64,000 nt of DNA from a bacterium (GTDB taxonomy: Bacteria > Electryoneota > JAOADG01). A model generated the notes under the pieces. That model had not been told where the DNA came from and did not search any database. It worked only from the letters and a program-made list of their open reading frames with translations. Numbering within the stretch: position 1 is the stretch's first letter; each line of letters opens with the position of its first letter. A program made the translations under genes and the position numbers. Shown piece by piece: positions 9,927 to 18,577 of the stretch. Location: the NCBI GenBank assembly GCA_963681965.1, contig OY820579.1:544001-608000 (forward strand), given 5' to 3'.

Positions 9927-10646
9927 ATGGAGTACAATATGTTGGAGCAAACACTCATTGGAGTACCCGATCCGATTGTTGTGGAACCGGAATCGGAAGC
10001 ATCGGAAACGGATTTAGCAACCATTCATGCGCTCAAGAATCCGCCACTGGAACCGTTGACACTGGACGCAATTTATGTGCGTCGCTGTCGTCTTGCCGGA
10101 GATGTTCTCGATTCGAAAGGGGGGTGTTTCCGCACCGAGGATTTACCGCGGTTGCTGGAAATGGTGCAGGGTGCGCCGGCACTGATCGGGCATGATCGAA
10201 GTCAAAAGCCGACGGCACGATTTTTCGGCGGCTCGATCGAAGAACACGACGGACACCGTTACATCGTTCCGAAATTCTATTGGTTGAAGGCGCATAGTCA
10301 TGCCGAAGATCTCCGGCTGGAAATCGATGGCGGGTTGATCAACGAAGCGTCGATCGCATTCTTGTTTACGACACCGACTTGCTCGATATGCGGTGGCGAT
10401 ATCCGCGACTGCGAACATCAGGTGGGAGAGCAGTATAATGGATGCGATTGTTTTTATTACTACGATGGCATCGATATGGTCACGGAAGGATCGTTGGTCT
10501 ATCGCGGTGCCGAACCTGGTACGGCGCTGCTGCCAAATCAATTGTCGGTGCGACCGTTTTTGCTGCCGGTAAAGAACAGTACCGAACCACTCCCGAAAAT
10601 CCGTTATCGCGGGAAGTTGTGGCGGATCCTTCCCGATCGCGAATAA
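9927..10646 (+). CDS. Phage prohead (maturation) protease-like protein with Zn-ribbon insert
   Basis: D..G..F...L..L motif, LIGHD (putative catalytic His), IDGG..NEASIAF (putative catalytic Ser), CSICG....C.H..G..Y...C and EGSLVY.GA.P. Confidence 0.72.
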   Translation: MEYNMLEQTLIGVPDPIVVEPESEASETDLATIHALKNPPLEPLTLDAIYVRRCRLAGDVLDSKGGCFRTEDLPRLLEMVQGAPALIGHDRSQKPTARFFGGSIEEHDGHRYIVPKFYWLKAHSHAEDLRLEIDGGLINEASIAFLFTTPTCSICGGDIRDCEHQVGEQYNGCDCFYYYDGIDMVTEGSLVYRGAEPGTALLPNQLSVRPFLLPVKNSTEPLPKIRYRGKLWRILPDRE

Positions 10647-10665
10647 TCAGCGCGTACTTCTTTAA

Positions 10666-11308
10666 GTAGGGGCGGGTCCCCGCGCCCGCCCGTTCTAACA
10701 TCTTTTCGTTTTTTTGGTGGCGCAGGCCTCCGAGCCTGCGTCTGGTATCTTGTATCTTGATTTGTCGTTGCGAGGAACGCAGCGAAGGAACATCCGCCGT
10801 AGGCGGATAGCCGTAGCGAAGTGACGAAGCAATCTTCAGGTATCTTGTATCCTGATTCGTCGTTGCGAAGCCGCCATCGGCGGCTGTGGCAACCGGCTCT
10901 TGTGTAGCCGCAGGCTTCAGCCTGCGTTTTTTCTTGAATCTTGTATTCTGTAGTAGGGGCGCCTCCCTGCGGGCGCCCGTTCTTGTATCTTTTTATCTTG
11001 AATCTTGTTTCCTGTATCCTGATCTGTCGTTGCGAACGAAGCGCGTTCTGCGCGCGTAGTGTGGCAACCTTCGCCTTTTTTCCGTAGGGGCATATGGCAT
11101 ACGCCCCACGGCGGTGCCGTTAGCACCGCACGCGGTTCGTTCGCGAACGAACCTTACAGAAAAAGAAAGACGGCCCTAAAGGGCCATCTCCGAAAAAACA
11201 GGTGTTAGGGGGTAGGTGCTGGGAATTGGGAACGGAAAAAAGATACAGGAACGGGCGGACACGGTGGTCCGCCCCTACTGGCGGGAGGGCTCACGAGCCC
11301 TCCCCTAC
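10666..11308. repeat. Mosaic REP-like palindrome array (about 11 elements)
   Basis: GTAG/GTGG-led hairpins at 10666, 10717, 10904, 10953 and 11084. GTCGTTGCGA...GCAA[TC]C elements at 10764, 10859 and 11026. Reverse-oriented ...TAC hairpins at about 11133, 11253 and 11283. Spacers are T-rich (TCTTGTATC-like). Confidence 0.88.
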
Positions 11309-14104
11309 TTCAATAACACAATTTTCTGCGTCTTCGTAAACGCACCCGCTTGCATCCGCAAGAAGTATGTCCCCGATGAAAACTGCTTCCCATCGAATGT
11401 TATGCGGTAAGCTCCAGCTGCCTGCTTGCAGTTTACTAGTGTAGCTACAGCTCTCCCTAGTAAATCGTAGAGTATAAGTTCAACAGTACTAGCTCGGGGA
11501 ATCGAGTATGACAAAGTAGTTATTGAATTGAATGGATTCGGGTAATTCTGACAAAGTTGAAAATGATCTGGTGAACGGGTGTAATTGGCTCAATAACCGT
11601 TTCGGGAATCGTTAGTCTCGAAATGAAACAATCATTGGATCCGCCAGAATATGCAGTATCGTATGTATCTGAAGTTATAGGAAAGATCGTACTGGATGTA
11701 TAACCAGATAAGAAAATATTATTATCTGATTCATAAAATAAAGCAGTACTTCTATCATACCCAGCTCCCCCAAAAAATGAACTATATGATAATTCAGACC
11801 GATAAAGATTCATTTTTGAGATAAAACAATCGTTATTACCATTAAAAGACAGATCAAATCCGTCTGAAGTTACTGGAAAATTAATACTATTTGCGACTCC
11901 AGTGATGATAATATTTCCACTACCGATATAATTAATAGCTGCACCCCAACAACTTCCAGAATCTCCTCCCAAGTAAGTACTTTAAAGTAGTTGCGAACCA
12001 ATCGGATTCAACCAAGCGATAAAACAATTTCCATGTCCATTATTTATTGAATCAAAAGCGGTATGAGTAATTGGAAAATCATTACTACTAGTAGAGCCAG
12101 TGACAATAACTTCGCCGCTATCAACAAGAGCAACTCCTAATCCTGCATCGATCGATGAACCACCGAGGAAAGTGCTGTAAAGAAGCTGGGAGCCGGAGTC
12201 ATTGAGATGAACTACATATGCATCAGCAAGTGGATTGCTATTAAACGAGGTGTCAAATGCTCCCGGTGTAGTAGGAAATGTGGCTCCGCAACCACCTGTG
12301 ATAAATGACCCGCCATTACCATCGCTGATGATACATCTTCCATCGCCTGGTCCAAGAAGTGTACTGAAAATTAATTGAGAGCCAGTACTATTTAGACGCG
12401 AGACAAAACAATCGGAATAAGTACCACTAAAAGTAGTATCGAATACTCCCGATGTAGTTGGAAAATTACTGCTTTGAGTATATCCAGTTAAGAAAGCTCC
12501 GCCTGATCCATCGCTCGATATTGAACGCGATTGCTGTTGATTGGAACCACCTAGTAAATCGGAAAAGAATAATCGATTTCCAGAATTGCTCAATTTGACG
12601 ACAAAACAGGCTAATGAGCCACCGGCTCCAAATACGTATGAAAGTGGGAAGTAATTACTACTCGTTTAGCCGGCAAATAAATACCCATTCGAATCGGCTT
12701 TAGTGATGCTTTCACCATAATCATCATTCTCGCCACCGATGAACGTGCTGAATACTAACTGTGAAAGTGAGCTATTCATCTTCGTTACGAAACAGTCGTA
12801 GAATCCATTTGCTCCACTATTAAAAGTCGAATCGAAACTGCCGGCAGTGGTCGGAAAATTGCTGCTTCGGGTACTTCCGCCGATGACTACTCCACCATCG
12901 ACGTCAACACTCATTCCTGAAGCACAACCATCATCGGCGCCTCCTCCCAGATACGTTGAATACACCAGTGGATCTATTCTTAGTGTATGTGAGTTATCGT
13001 ACCCATTCGGCAAATCGATCGCGAAGACATTCCCTGACACGAGTGAGAATTGTGCCGTGACTTCGTTTCTGCGGGTACCATTGGATGTGGTTTGGTAAGC
13101 TCCTGGAATCGACATCCGCAATTCGCCGAGGGAAGTCATCAGTGACAGTATGTCGGAATTTATTCCGACTCCATCTAGAGTCTTGATTTGTCGTTGCGAG
13201 GAACGCAGGGCGCGACCTTGTGCGCCCGAAGAGACGAAGCAATCTTCAGGTATCTTTTCCGTAGGGGCGTATGGCATACGCCCCGCGGGCGCATCCGCGC
13301 CCGTTGCGGTGCGTTCACGAACGCACCCTACATAAGACAGATCTTCAGTCAACCCCTCGCACACCATCTTGATTTGTTTCGGGTCGGCACCGGGATGTAC
13401 TACGAAATCGAATTCGAGATGACCTTTGCTCTCATACCATTCAACATCGATGCCCTGCCAAACATCGTGATGCACCACGCGAGAGAAATTCCGGCAATCC
13501 GGTGCCCATTTGGACGAGTCATTCCCAAGGAAATAATTGTTGTGCCACGAAAATTCCCCTTGTGCACCAATCCATTTTGCGCAAGAGTAATTTCGTAGGT
13601 CGGAATTTATTCCGACATCCTCTTGTGTCGTGCATTTATCCGTAGGGGCGAATGCGATTCGCCCCTACGGGAGTCGACAAATTTGAATTTGAGCGCGTGG
13701 GATTTTAATGGAAAGGATTCATGATCAGGGCGTATGCCATACGCCCCTACGGCGGCAACGTCGTTGCCGCTTGCGGGCGGGCGTGGGAGCCCGCCCCTAC
13801 TGGAAAAAGGATCGGTGCGTTCGCGAACCGCCCCTACAAAAGATGAGGAATCGATTACCGAGGTGACGAGGGTGACACCATCCCGCTCAAGGAACCACGT
13901 GAAGCCATCGCAGCGCACCTCGCATTTGTAGAGGACGGCAGAATCCCATTGCCCCTTGTTCTCGGTGAATTGGAACGGGTGTGGCAGGCGCGTCGATTGT
14001 ACGCTGACGGCGGGTACATTGCGATACAGGGTGAGCAGGGCAATAGCCATTGCAAACAGGAGCGGTGGCGCGATTTTGGTAAATATACCATAGCGAAATC
14101 TCAC
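11305..14104 (-). pseudogene. Disrupted SBBP-repeat (beta-propeller) secreted protein with T9SS C-terminal sorting domain; paralog of 34420-37476
   Basis: GGAGG + GTG at 14104. Contains FTENKGQW, LRIDPLVYSTYLGG, repeated T.S.NFPTT.GAFD, then NYPNPFN...YDLLGR...SGTYF...KIVLLK. Broken by frameshifts near 13640 and 11580 and in-frame TAA codons at 12666-12668 and 11982-11984. Confidence 0.85.
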
Positions 14105-14188
14105 AGCACCTCCGGTCAACTTTGCGAATAGGATCTTAATATGATTGCATGCTTCTAAATAATACTATGGATCGCGAAGTAAAACAAT

Positions 14189-14220
14189 AAAAAAGGGAAC
14201 GATCCGCAAAGATCGTCCCC
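14189..14220 (-). terminator. Rho-independent terminator of typA
   Basis: GGGAACGATC/GATCGTCCC stem preceded by an A6 tract on the + strand. Confidence 0.65.
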
Positions 14221-14244
14221 TCATCCAATTTGATTTTGTTCTGA

Positions 14245-16077
14245 CTAGTTATCCAGTGCCTTCTTTGCCGCCTGTTTCGATAATTCGAAATCGAGAATCT
14301 TCTTGCGCAAGCGAATCGCGGTCGGTGTCACTTCCACCAATTCATTTTCGGCAATAAATTCGAGCGCCATTTCCAGCGTCAAAATGCGTGGTGGATGGAG
14401 TTGATATCCTTCTTCCGCCGTGGATTGCCGCATATTGGTCAACTTCTTTTCCTTGGTCGGATTGATCCAGATATCGTCGGTACGCGAATTCTCGCCGACG
14501 ATTCGACCGCTGTACACTTCATCGCCCGGCGCGACAAACATCTGTCCGCGCTCCTGCAATGTTTCCAGCGCATACGCCGTGCATCTACCGGAACGGTCCG
14601 CGACCAACACCCCGGCGATCCGGTGCGGAATTGCGCCGGCATGAGGACGCCAGCCGAGGAAGATGTGATTGACAATCGCGGTGCCGCGCGTTTCCACCAT
14701 CAGCAATGACCGCAAGCCGATCAAGCCGCGCATCGGTACTTCGAATTCAATCCGGATCCAGCCTGACGAATGATTCACCATCCGTGTCATGCGACCCTTG
14801 CGCAACCCCATCGCCTGCGTAACGGTGCCGATATACGGTTCCGGCAAATCGATCATCAGGTGCTCGTACGGTTCGTGCAATTCGTCGTTCACGCGACGAG
14901 TGCGTACCGTCGGTTTCGAGATCGATAATTCGAAACCTTCGCGCCGCATCGTTTCGATAATGATCGCGAGCTGCAATTCGCCGCGACCCACCACTTTGAA
15001 TGCATCCGGTGTTTCAGTCTCTTCGACGACAATCGAGGGATTGCCTTGAATCTCTTTGAATAAACGGTCGCGCAATTGCCGGCTGGTGACGTATTTGCCG
15101 TCGCGTCCGGAAAACGGCGAGGTATTGATCGAGAACACCATTTCGAGGGTCGGTTCGTCGATCTTCAGCGGCGGTAACAGTCGCGGATTGTCGGTATCGG
15201 TCAGCGTATCGCCCAGTTCGATCCCTTCGACACCGGAAATCGCGACGATATCGCCGGGATTCGCTTCTTCGATCGGAATTCGTTTCAAACCGGAGAATCC
15301 GAATAATTGCGTAATCTTCGTCTGCTTCAGTTGGTTTTCGTGACTCCCCATCATCACCTGTTTGCCGACGCGGATACTGCCGTTGGTGACGCGCCCAATG
15401 CCGATACGACCCAGATAGTCGCTATAGTCGAGCGAGGTGATCTGAAGTTGAAGCGGATGCCCTTCGATGAACTTTGGCGGCGGCACTTTCTCGATGATGA
15501 CATCGAACAACGGTTGCAGATTCGTTCCGGGAACCTTCAGATCCATCGTTGCGGTTCCGGCGCGGGCATTGGTGAAAATCACCGGGAAGTGGCACTGCTC
15601 TTCGCTGGCGTCGAGATCGAGAAATAGTTCGAGTACTTCGTCGACCACTTCGTCGATCCGGGCATCGGGACGATCGATTTTATTGATCACCACGATCGGC
15701 GAGAGATTGTTTGCGAGTGCATTCGACAATACATAGCGGGTCTGCGGTAACGGTCCTTCGGATGCATCGACCAGCAGCAAACAGCCGTCGACCATTTTTA
15801 AAATGCGTTGCACTTCACCGCCGAAATCGGCATGACCGGGAGTATCGACGATGTTGATCGTGTGATCGTGATAAGGGATGGCGGTGTTCTTCGCCATGAT
15901 CGTGATACCCTTCTCGCGTTCGAGATCGAGTTTATCCATGGCGCGTTCCGCGACCTGTTCGTTGGCGCGGAAAATTCCGGATTGATGAAGCATGGCATCG
16001 ACCAACGTCGTCTTTCCGTGGTCGACGTGGGCGATGATGGCGAGATTGCGCAATTCATTGCGATAAAGCTTTGACAC
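14245..16077 (-). CDS. typA: Translational GTPase TypA/BipA
   Basis: AHVDHGKTT, DTPGHADFGGEV, NKID, GRGELQL, and the C-terminal KKLTNMR and EVTP..IRLRK signatures. Confidence 0.97.
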   Translation of the reverse strand: MSKLYRNELRNLAIIAHVDHGKTTLVDAMLHQSGIFRANEQVAERAMDKLDLEREKGITIMAKNTAIPYHDHTINIVDTPGHADFGGEVQRILKMVDGCLLLVDASEGPLPQTRYVLSNALANNLSPIVVINKIDRPDARIDEVVDEVLELFLDLDASEEQCHFPVIFTNARAGTATMDLKVPGTNLQPLFDVIIEKVPPPKFIEGHPLQLQITSLDYSDYLGRIGIGRVTNGSIRVGKQVMMGSHENQLKQTKITQLFGFSGLKRIPIEEANPGDIVAISGVEGIELGDTLTDTDNPRLLPPLKIDEPTLEMVFSINTSPFSGRDGKYVTSRQLRDRLFKEIQGNPSIVVEETETPDAFKVVGRGELQLAIIIETMRREGFELSISKPTVRTRRVNDELHEPYEHLMIDLPEPYIGTVTQAMGLRKGRMTRMVNHSSGWIRIEFEVPMRGLIGLRSLLMVETRGTAIVNHIFLGWRPHAGAIPHRIAGVLVADRSGRCTAYALETLQERGQMFVAPGDEVYSGRIVGENSRTDDIWINPTKEKKLTNMRQSTAEEGYQLHPPRILTLEMALEFIAENELVEVTPTAIRLRKKILDFELSKQAAKKALDN

Positions 16078-16233
16078 TGTACTGTTTCCTGTGATTGAAT
16101 CGTCCCAAGATAGAACGGGAACGGGCAGAGGGCAACTAAAACCCGCAAAGTACTATGGAATAAGAGTTTCAGGTGGAAGCAACCGTTCGTTAGACTTCCA
16201 ATTACACTATATGTACGTGAAATGAGGTCAATT

Positions 16234-16536
16234 ATGGATAGCAATCAACTGCCATGCGCATTTCAGGTCGCCGAAATCGGCGAGAAACTCGGGATTGTCG
16301 CAACCCGGCTGGAGCGGATTCTCGCGGCACAGGAAGAGTTGCTCGAATTGAATCGCAATCTGGCGACGCAACTGCATCCCGCCGAACAGGAGCGCCGCAC
16401 GAGGATGTTACTGGAGGAATCGTCGTCAAAATTGCGCGGACTTCACGACAGTCTCGAGAAACGCCTCACGATCAAGTGGCTCGGTGTGACTTCGCTGTTC
16501 GGGTTTATTGTGTATGTCGTGCAGTTGTTGAAGTGA
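16234..16536 (+). CDS. Small coiled-coil protein with C-terminal TM helix
   Basis: GAGG before ATG 16234. Heptad-rich helix followed by WLGVTSLFGFIVYVVQLL. Confidence 0.6.
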   Translation: MDSNQLPCAFQVAEIGEKLGIVATRLERILAAQEELLELNRNLATQLHPAEQERRTRMLLEESSSKLRGLHDSLEKRLTIKWLGVTSLFGFIVYVVQLLK

Positions 16537-16725
16537 AAAAAAATGATTTTTAAATCCATGAGAAAAGTGTTGCAGGGTTTCTGTTAGTATAGTAGATTTC
16601 ATTCTAAAGTCTATCTGCACACACTTCTTGGTTAAAGTAACTGGCAATCGGAACGACCCATACTTCTCTTCATGACAGCTAACTTTCATTAGCAGGAATA
16701 TACTTTGCGTTTAGGAGATAAATGT

Positions 16726-18228
16726 ATGTATCGGATGTTAATTTCAATCATCGCATTACTTGTTGCCTCCACCATGAGTATTGCGCAATTGACTATTGTT
16801 TCAACATCACCGTCCAACGGTGCAGTGAATGTTTCTTCACAAACTTCTCTTGAAATCACATTTTCAGCACCATTAGATACATCAATTCGATATTCGTCGG
16901 GATGTCCGATCGCGATCTTACTCTCTGGTCCAACTCTTACAAATCCCAATTTAACATACTCGATGAGTACAGATCTCAGAACGATCCGATTTCCACTTAC
17001 AATTCCGGTGAATACTGATTGTGGATTCATTATTTTTAATGCGCAATCGACAACAAGACAAGGGATGAGTCATCTCTACGCATCGAATTTTACGAGTATG
17101 AGCAGTTTTGGAATTTATAATATCTCTGGTTCAATAAGTTATCCAGAAGGGAATCCTGTCAACTCGTTCGTAGCTTTGTTTCAATCCGGAAGTGACAATC
17201 CAATTTTATTCGGAGTATGCAGTCCCGGACAAGCAACATATACAATAAATGGATTGAGGGGTGGTGGACAACATTATGCCCTTGTCGCAGGACTAGATTT
17301 AAATGGAGACGGTGAGTTAAATAATGATCCCGGCGGTTGGTATGATACAAATAACGATGGTGAACCCGATGAAATAATCGTTGATAATGTCAATGTCTCC
17401 AATATTAATATCACGTTACATCTTGAATTGCCGATTACTGCCCTCGAGCGAATTGCAGCAGTCCGAGCCTATATTGCTTCGATCGATCCCAATGCAACAA
17501 TCAAGGGACATTGGGGAGATGATGATGCAAATCTTCCAACCGGTAGAAGTTATACATGGCAATTCCGAGTACTGTCTCCACTGTTAGATAGTATGTTAGA
17601 GCTAAGAGTAAATTCTTATCAAATTCGTCGAAGTACGAGCAATCCGACTGAGCCTGGAATCGGGTATGGTCTTGATTTTCCGCTGAGCGGTATCGATAGT
17701 GATAGTGCATTCCGAGTTGCTGAAAGAAATGGTGGAGCACAATTACGCAATGCCTACCCAACAACCCATGTTGTCATGACTTCTAAAACTGATTACGATG
17801 ACCCGGAAAATCCGATTTTAACTTGGCACGTCTGTTACAATACGGAATCATCGCAATTTAATTATGTTCTCCGGATTGATATTGATGTGATATCCGGAGC
17901 GGTTAGACAAATTCTGTGGAATCCCGATCGGGGTGTTGACGATCAGAAGATCTTTTCTACTCCAGATTTTTGTTCACTGAATGGCTGTTATCCGAACCCA
18001 TTCAATGCGACCACTGAAATCAAATACACGATTGCAAAGACAAGTAATGTCGATTTGCGACTGTTCGATGTGACAGGACGAGAAGTAGCGAAGTTAATCA
18101 ACTTCGATCAACATCCCGGTAGCTACACCTATCGATTAAACGGAAGCGTGCTGGCAAGCGGCACGTACTTCGTTCGGTTGCAGACCGGTTCGACTAATCA
18201 GACTCAAAAAATCATTTTACTCCGATAA
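16726..18228 (+). CDS. Secreted Ig-like (Big_5-type) protein with T9SS C-terminal sorting domain
   Basis: AGGAGA RBS and signal peptide. STSPSNGAVNV...ITFSAPLD, DLNGDG and DTNNDG Ca-binding-like loops, and YPNPFN.TT.I.Y...FDVTGREV...SGTYF. Confidence 0.85.
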   Translation: MYRMLISIIALLVASTMSIAQLTIVSTSPSNGAVNVSSQTSLEITFSAPLDTSIRYSSGCPIAILLSGPTLTNPNLTYSMSTDLRTIRFPLTIPVNTDCGFIIFNAQSTTRQGMSHLYASNFTSMSSFGIYNISGSISYPEGNPVNSFVALFQSGSDNPILFGVCSPGQATYTINGLRGGGQHYALVAGLDLNGDGELNNDPGGWYDTNNDGEPDEIIVDNVNVSNINITLHLELPITALERIAAVRAYIASIDPNATIKGHWGDDDANLPTGRSYTWQFRVLSPLLDSMLELRVNSYQIRRSTSNPTEPGIGYGLDFPLSGIDSDSAFRVAERNGGAQLRNAYPTTHVVMTSKTDYDDPENPILTWHVCYNTESSQFNYVLRIDIDVISGAVRQILWNPDRGVDDQKIFSTPDFCSLNGCYPNPFNATTEIKYTIAKTSNVDLRLFDVTGREVAKLINFDQHPGSYTYRLNGSVLASGTYFVRLQTGSTNQTQKIILLR

Positions 18229-18260
18229 CACATTTACAACCTCATAATCCATTATTGAAT

Positions 18261-18282
18261 CGGCGGACTTTTCAGTCCGCCG
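18261..18282 (+). terminator. Hairpin, probable terminator or REP remnant
   Basis: CGGCGGACT-TTTC-AGTCCGCCG; similar to the REP stem at 34322-34389. Confidence 0.5.
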
Positions 18283-18577
18283 GTTTCGATTCTACCCATC
18301 CATAATTCGTGAAACTTTTTCTCCCGTGAGATGGAGGCGCTCCTCTCACGAGAGGCGACTCACCTCTCATTGGAGGAGCTCCACCTCCGAGGAGAGCAGC
18401 AAAAAAGAGGCGATTCAAACGATAGCGGGGAGTTTTAAAACGGAGTTCATGTCCATCACATCCATTCAAACGGAAGGTAGACGCTCGGCAAACCATTCTT
18501 TCACCCCTCCTCAAACAATGGGGGTGTAGTTTGTCATCGTAAGTACGTCAAACAGGTTTTTCATCGAGAGGTGAACC

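Noticed and set aside
1-10646. Intact prophage
   Set aside because: Packaging genes are interrupted by host genes, and no integrase, capsid, tail or replication genes are visible. Sequence upstream of the window is unknown.
10666-11308. Possible CRISPR array or integron attC cassette array
   Set aside because: There is no constant repeat, no paired RYYYAAC/GTTRRRY attC cores flanking ORFs, and no integrase.
11305-14104. Diversity-generating retroelement acting on the SBBP paralogs
   Set aside because: There is no reverse transcriptase, and I saw no template/variable repeat pair differing only at adenines.
18487-18530. c-di-GMP-I riboswitch (GGCAAACCATTC match)
   Set aside because: The following GAAA tetraloop, GACGCAAA and P3 elements are missing.
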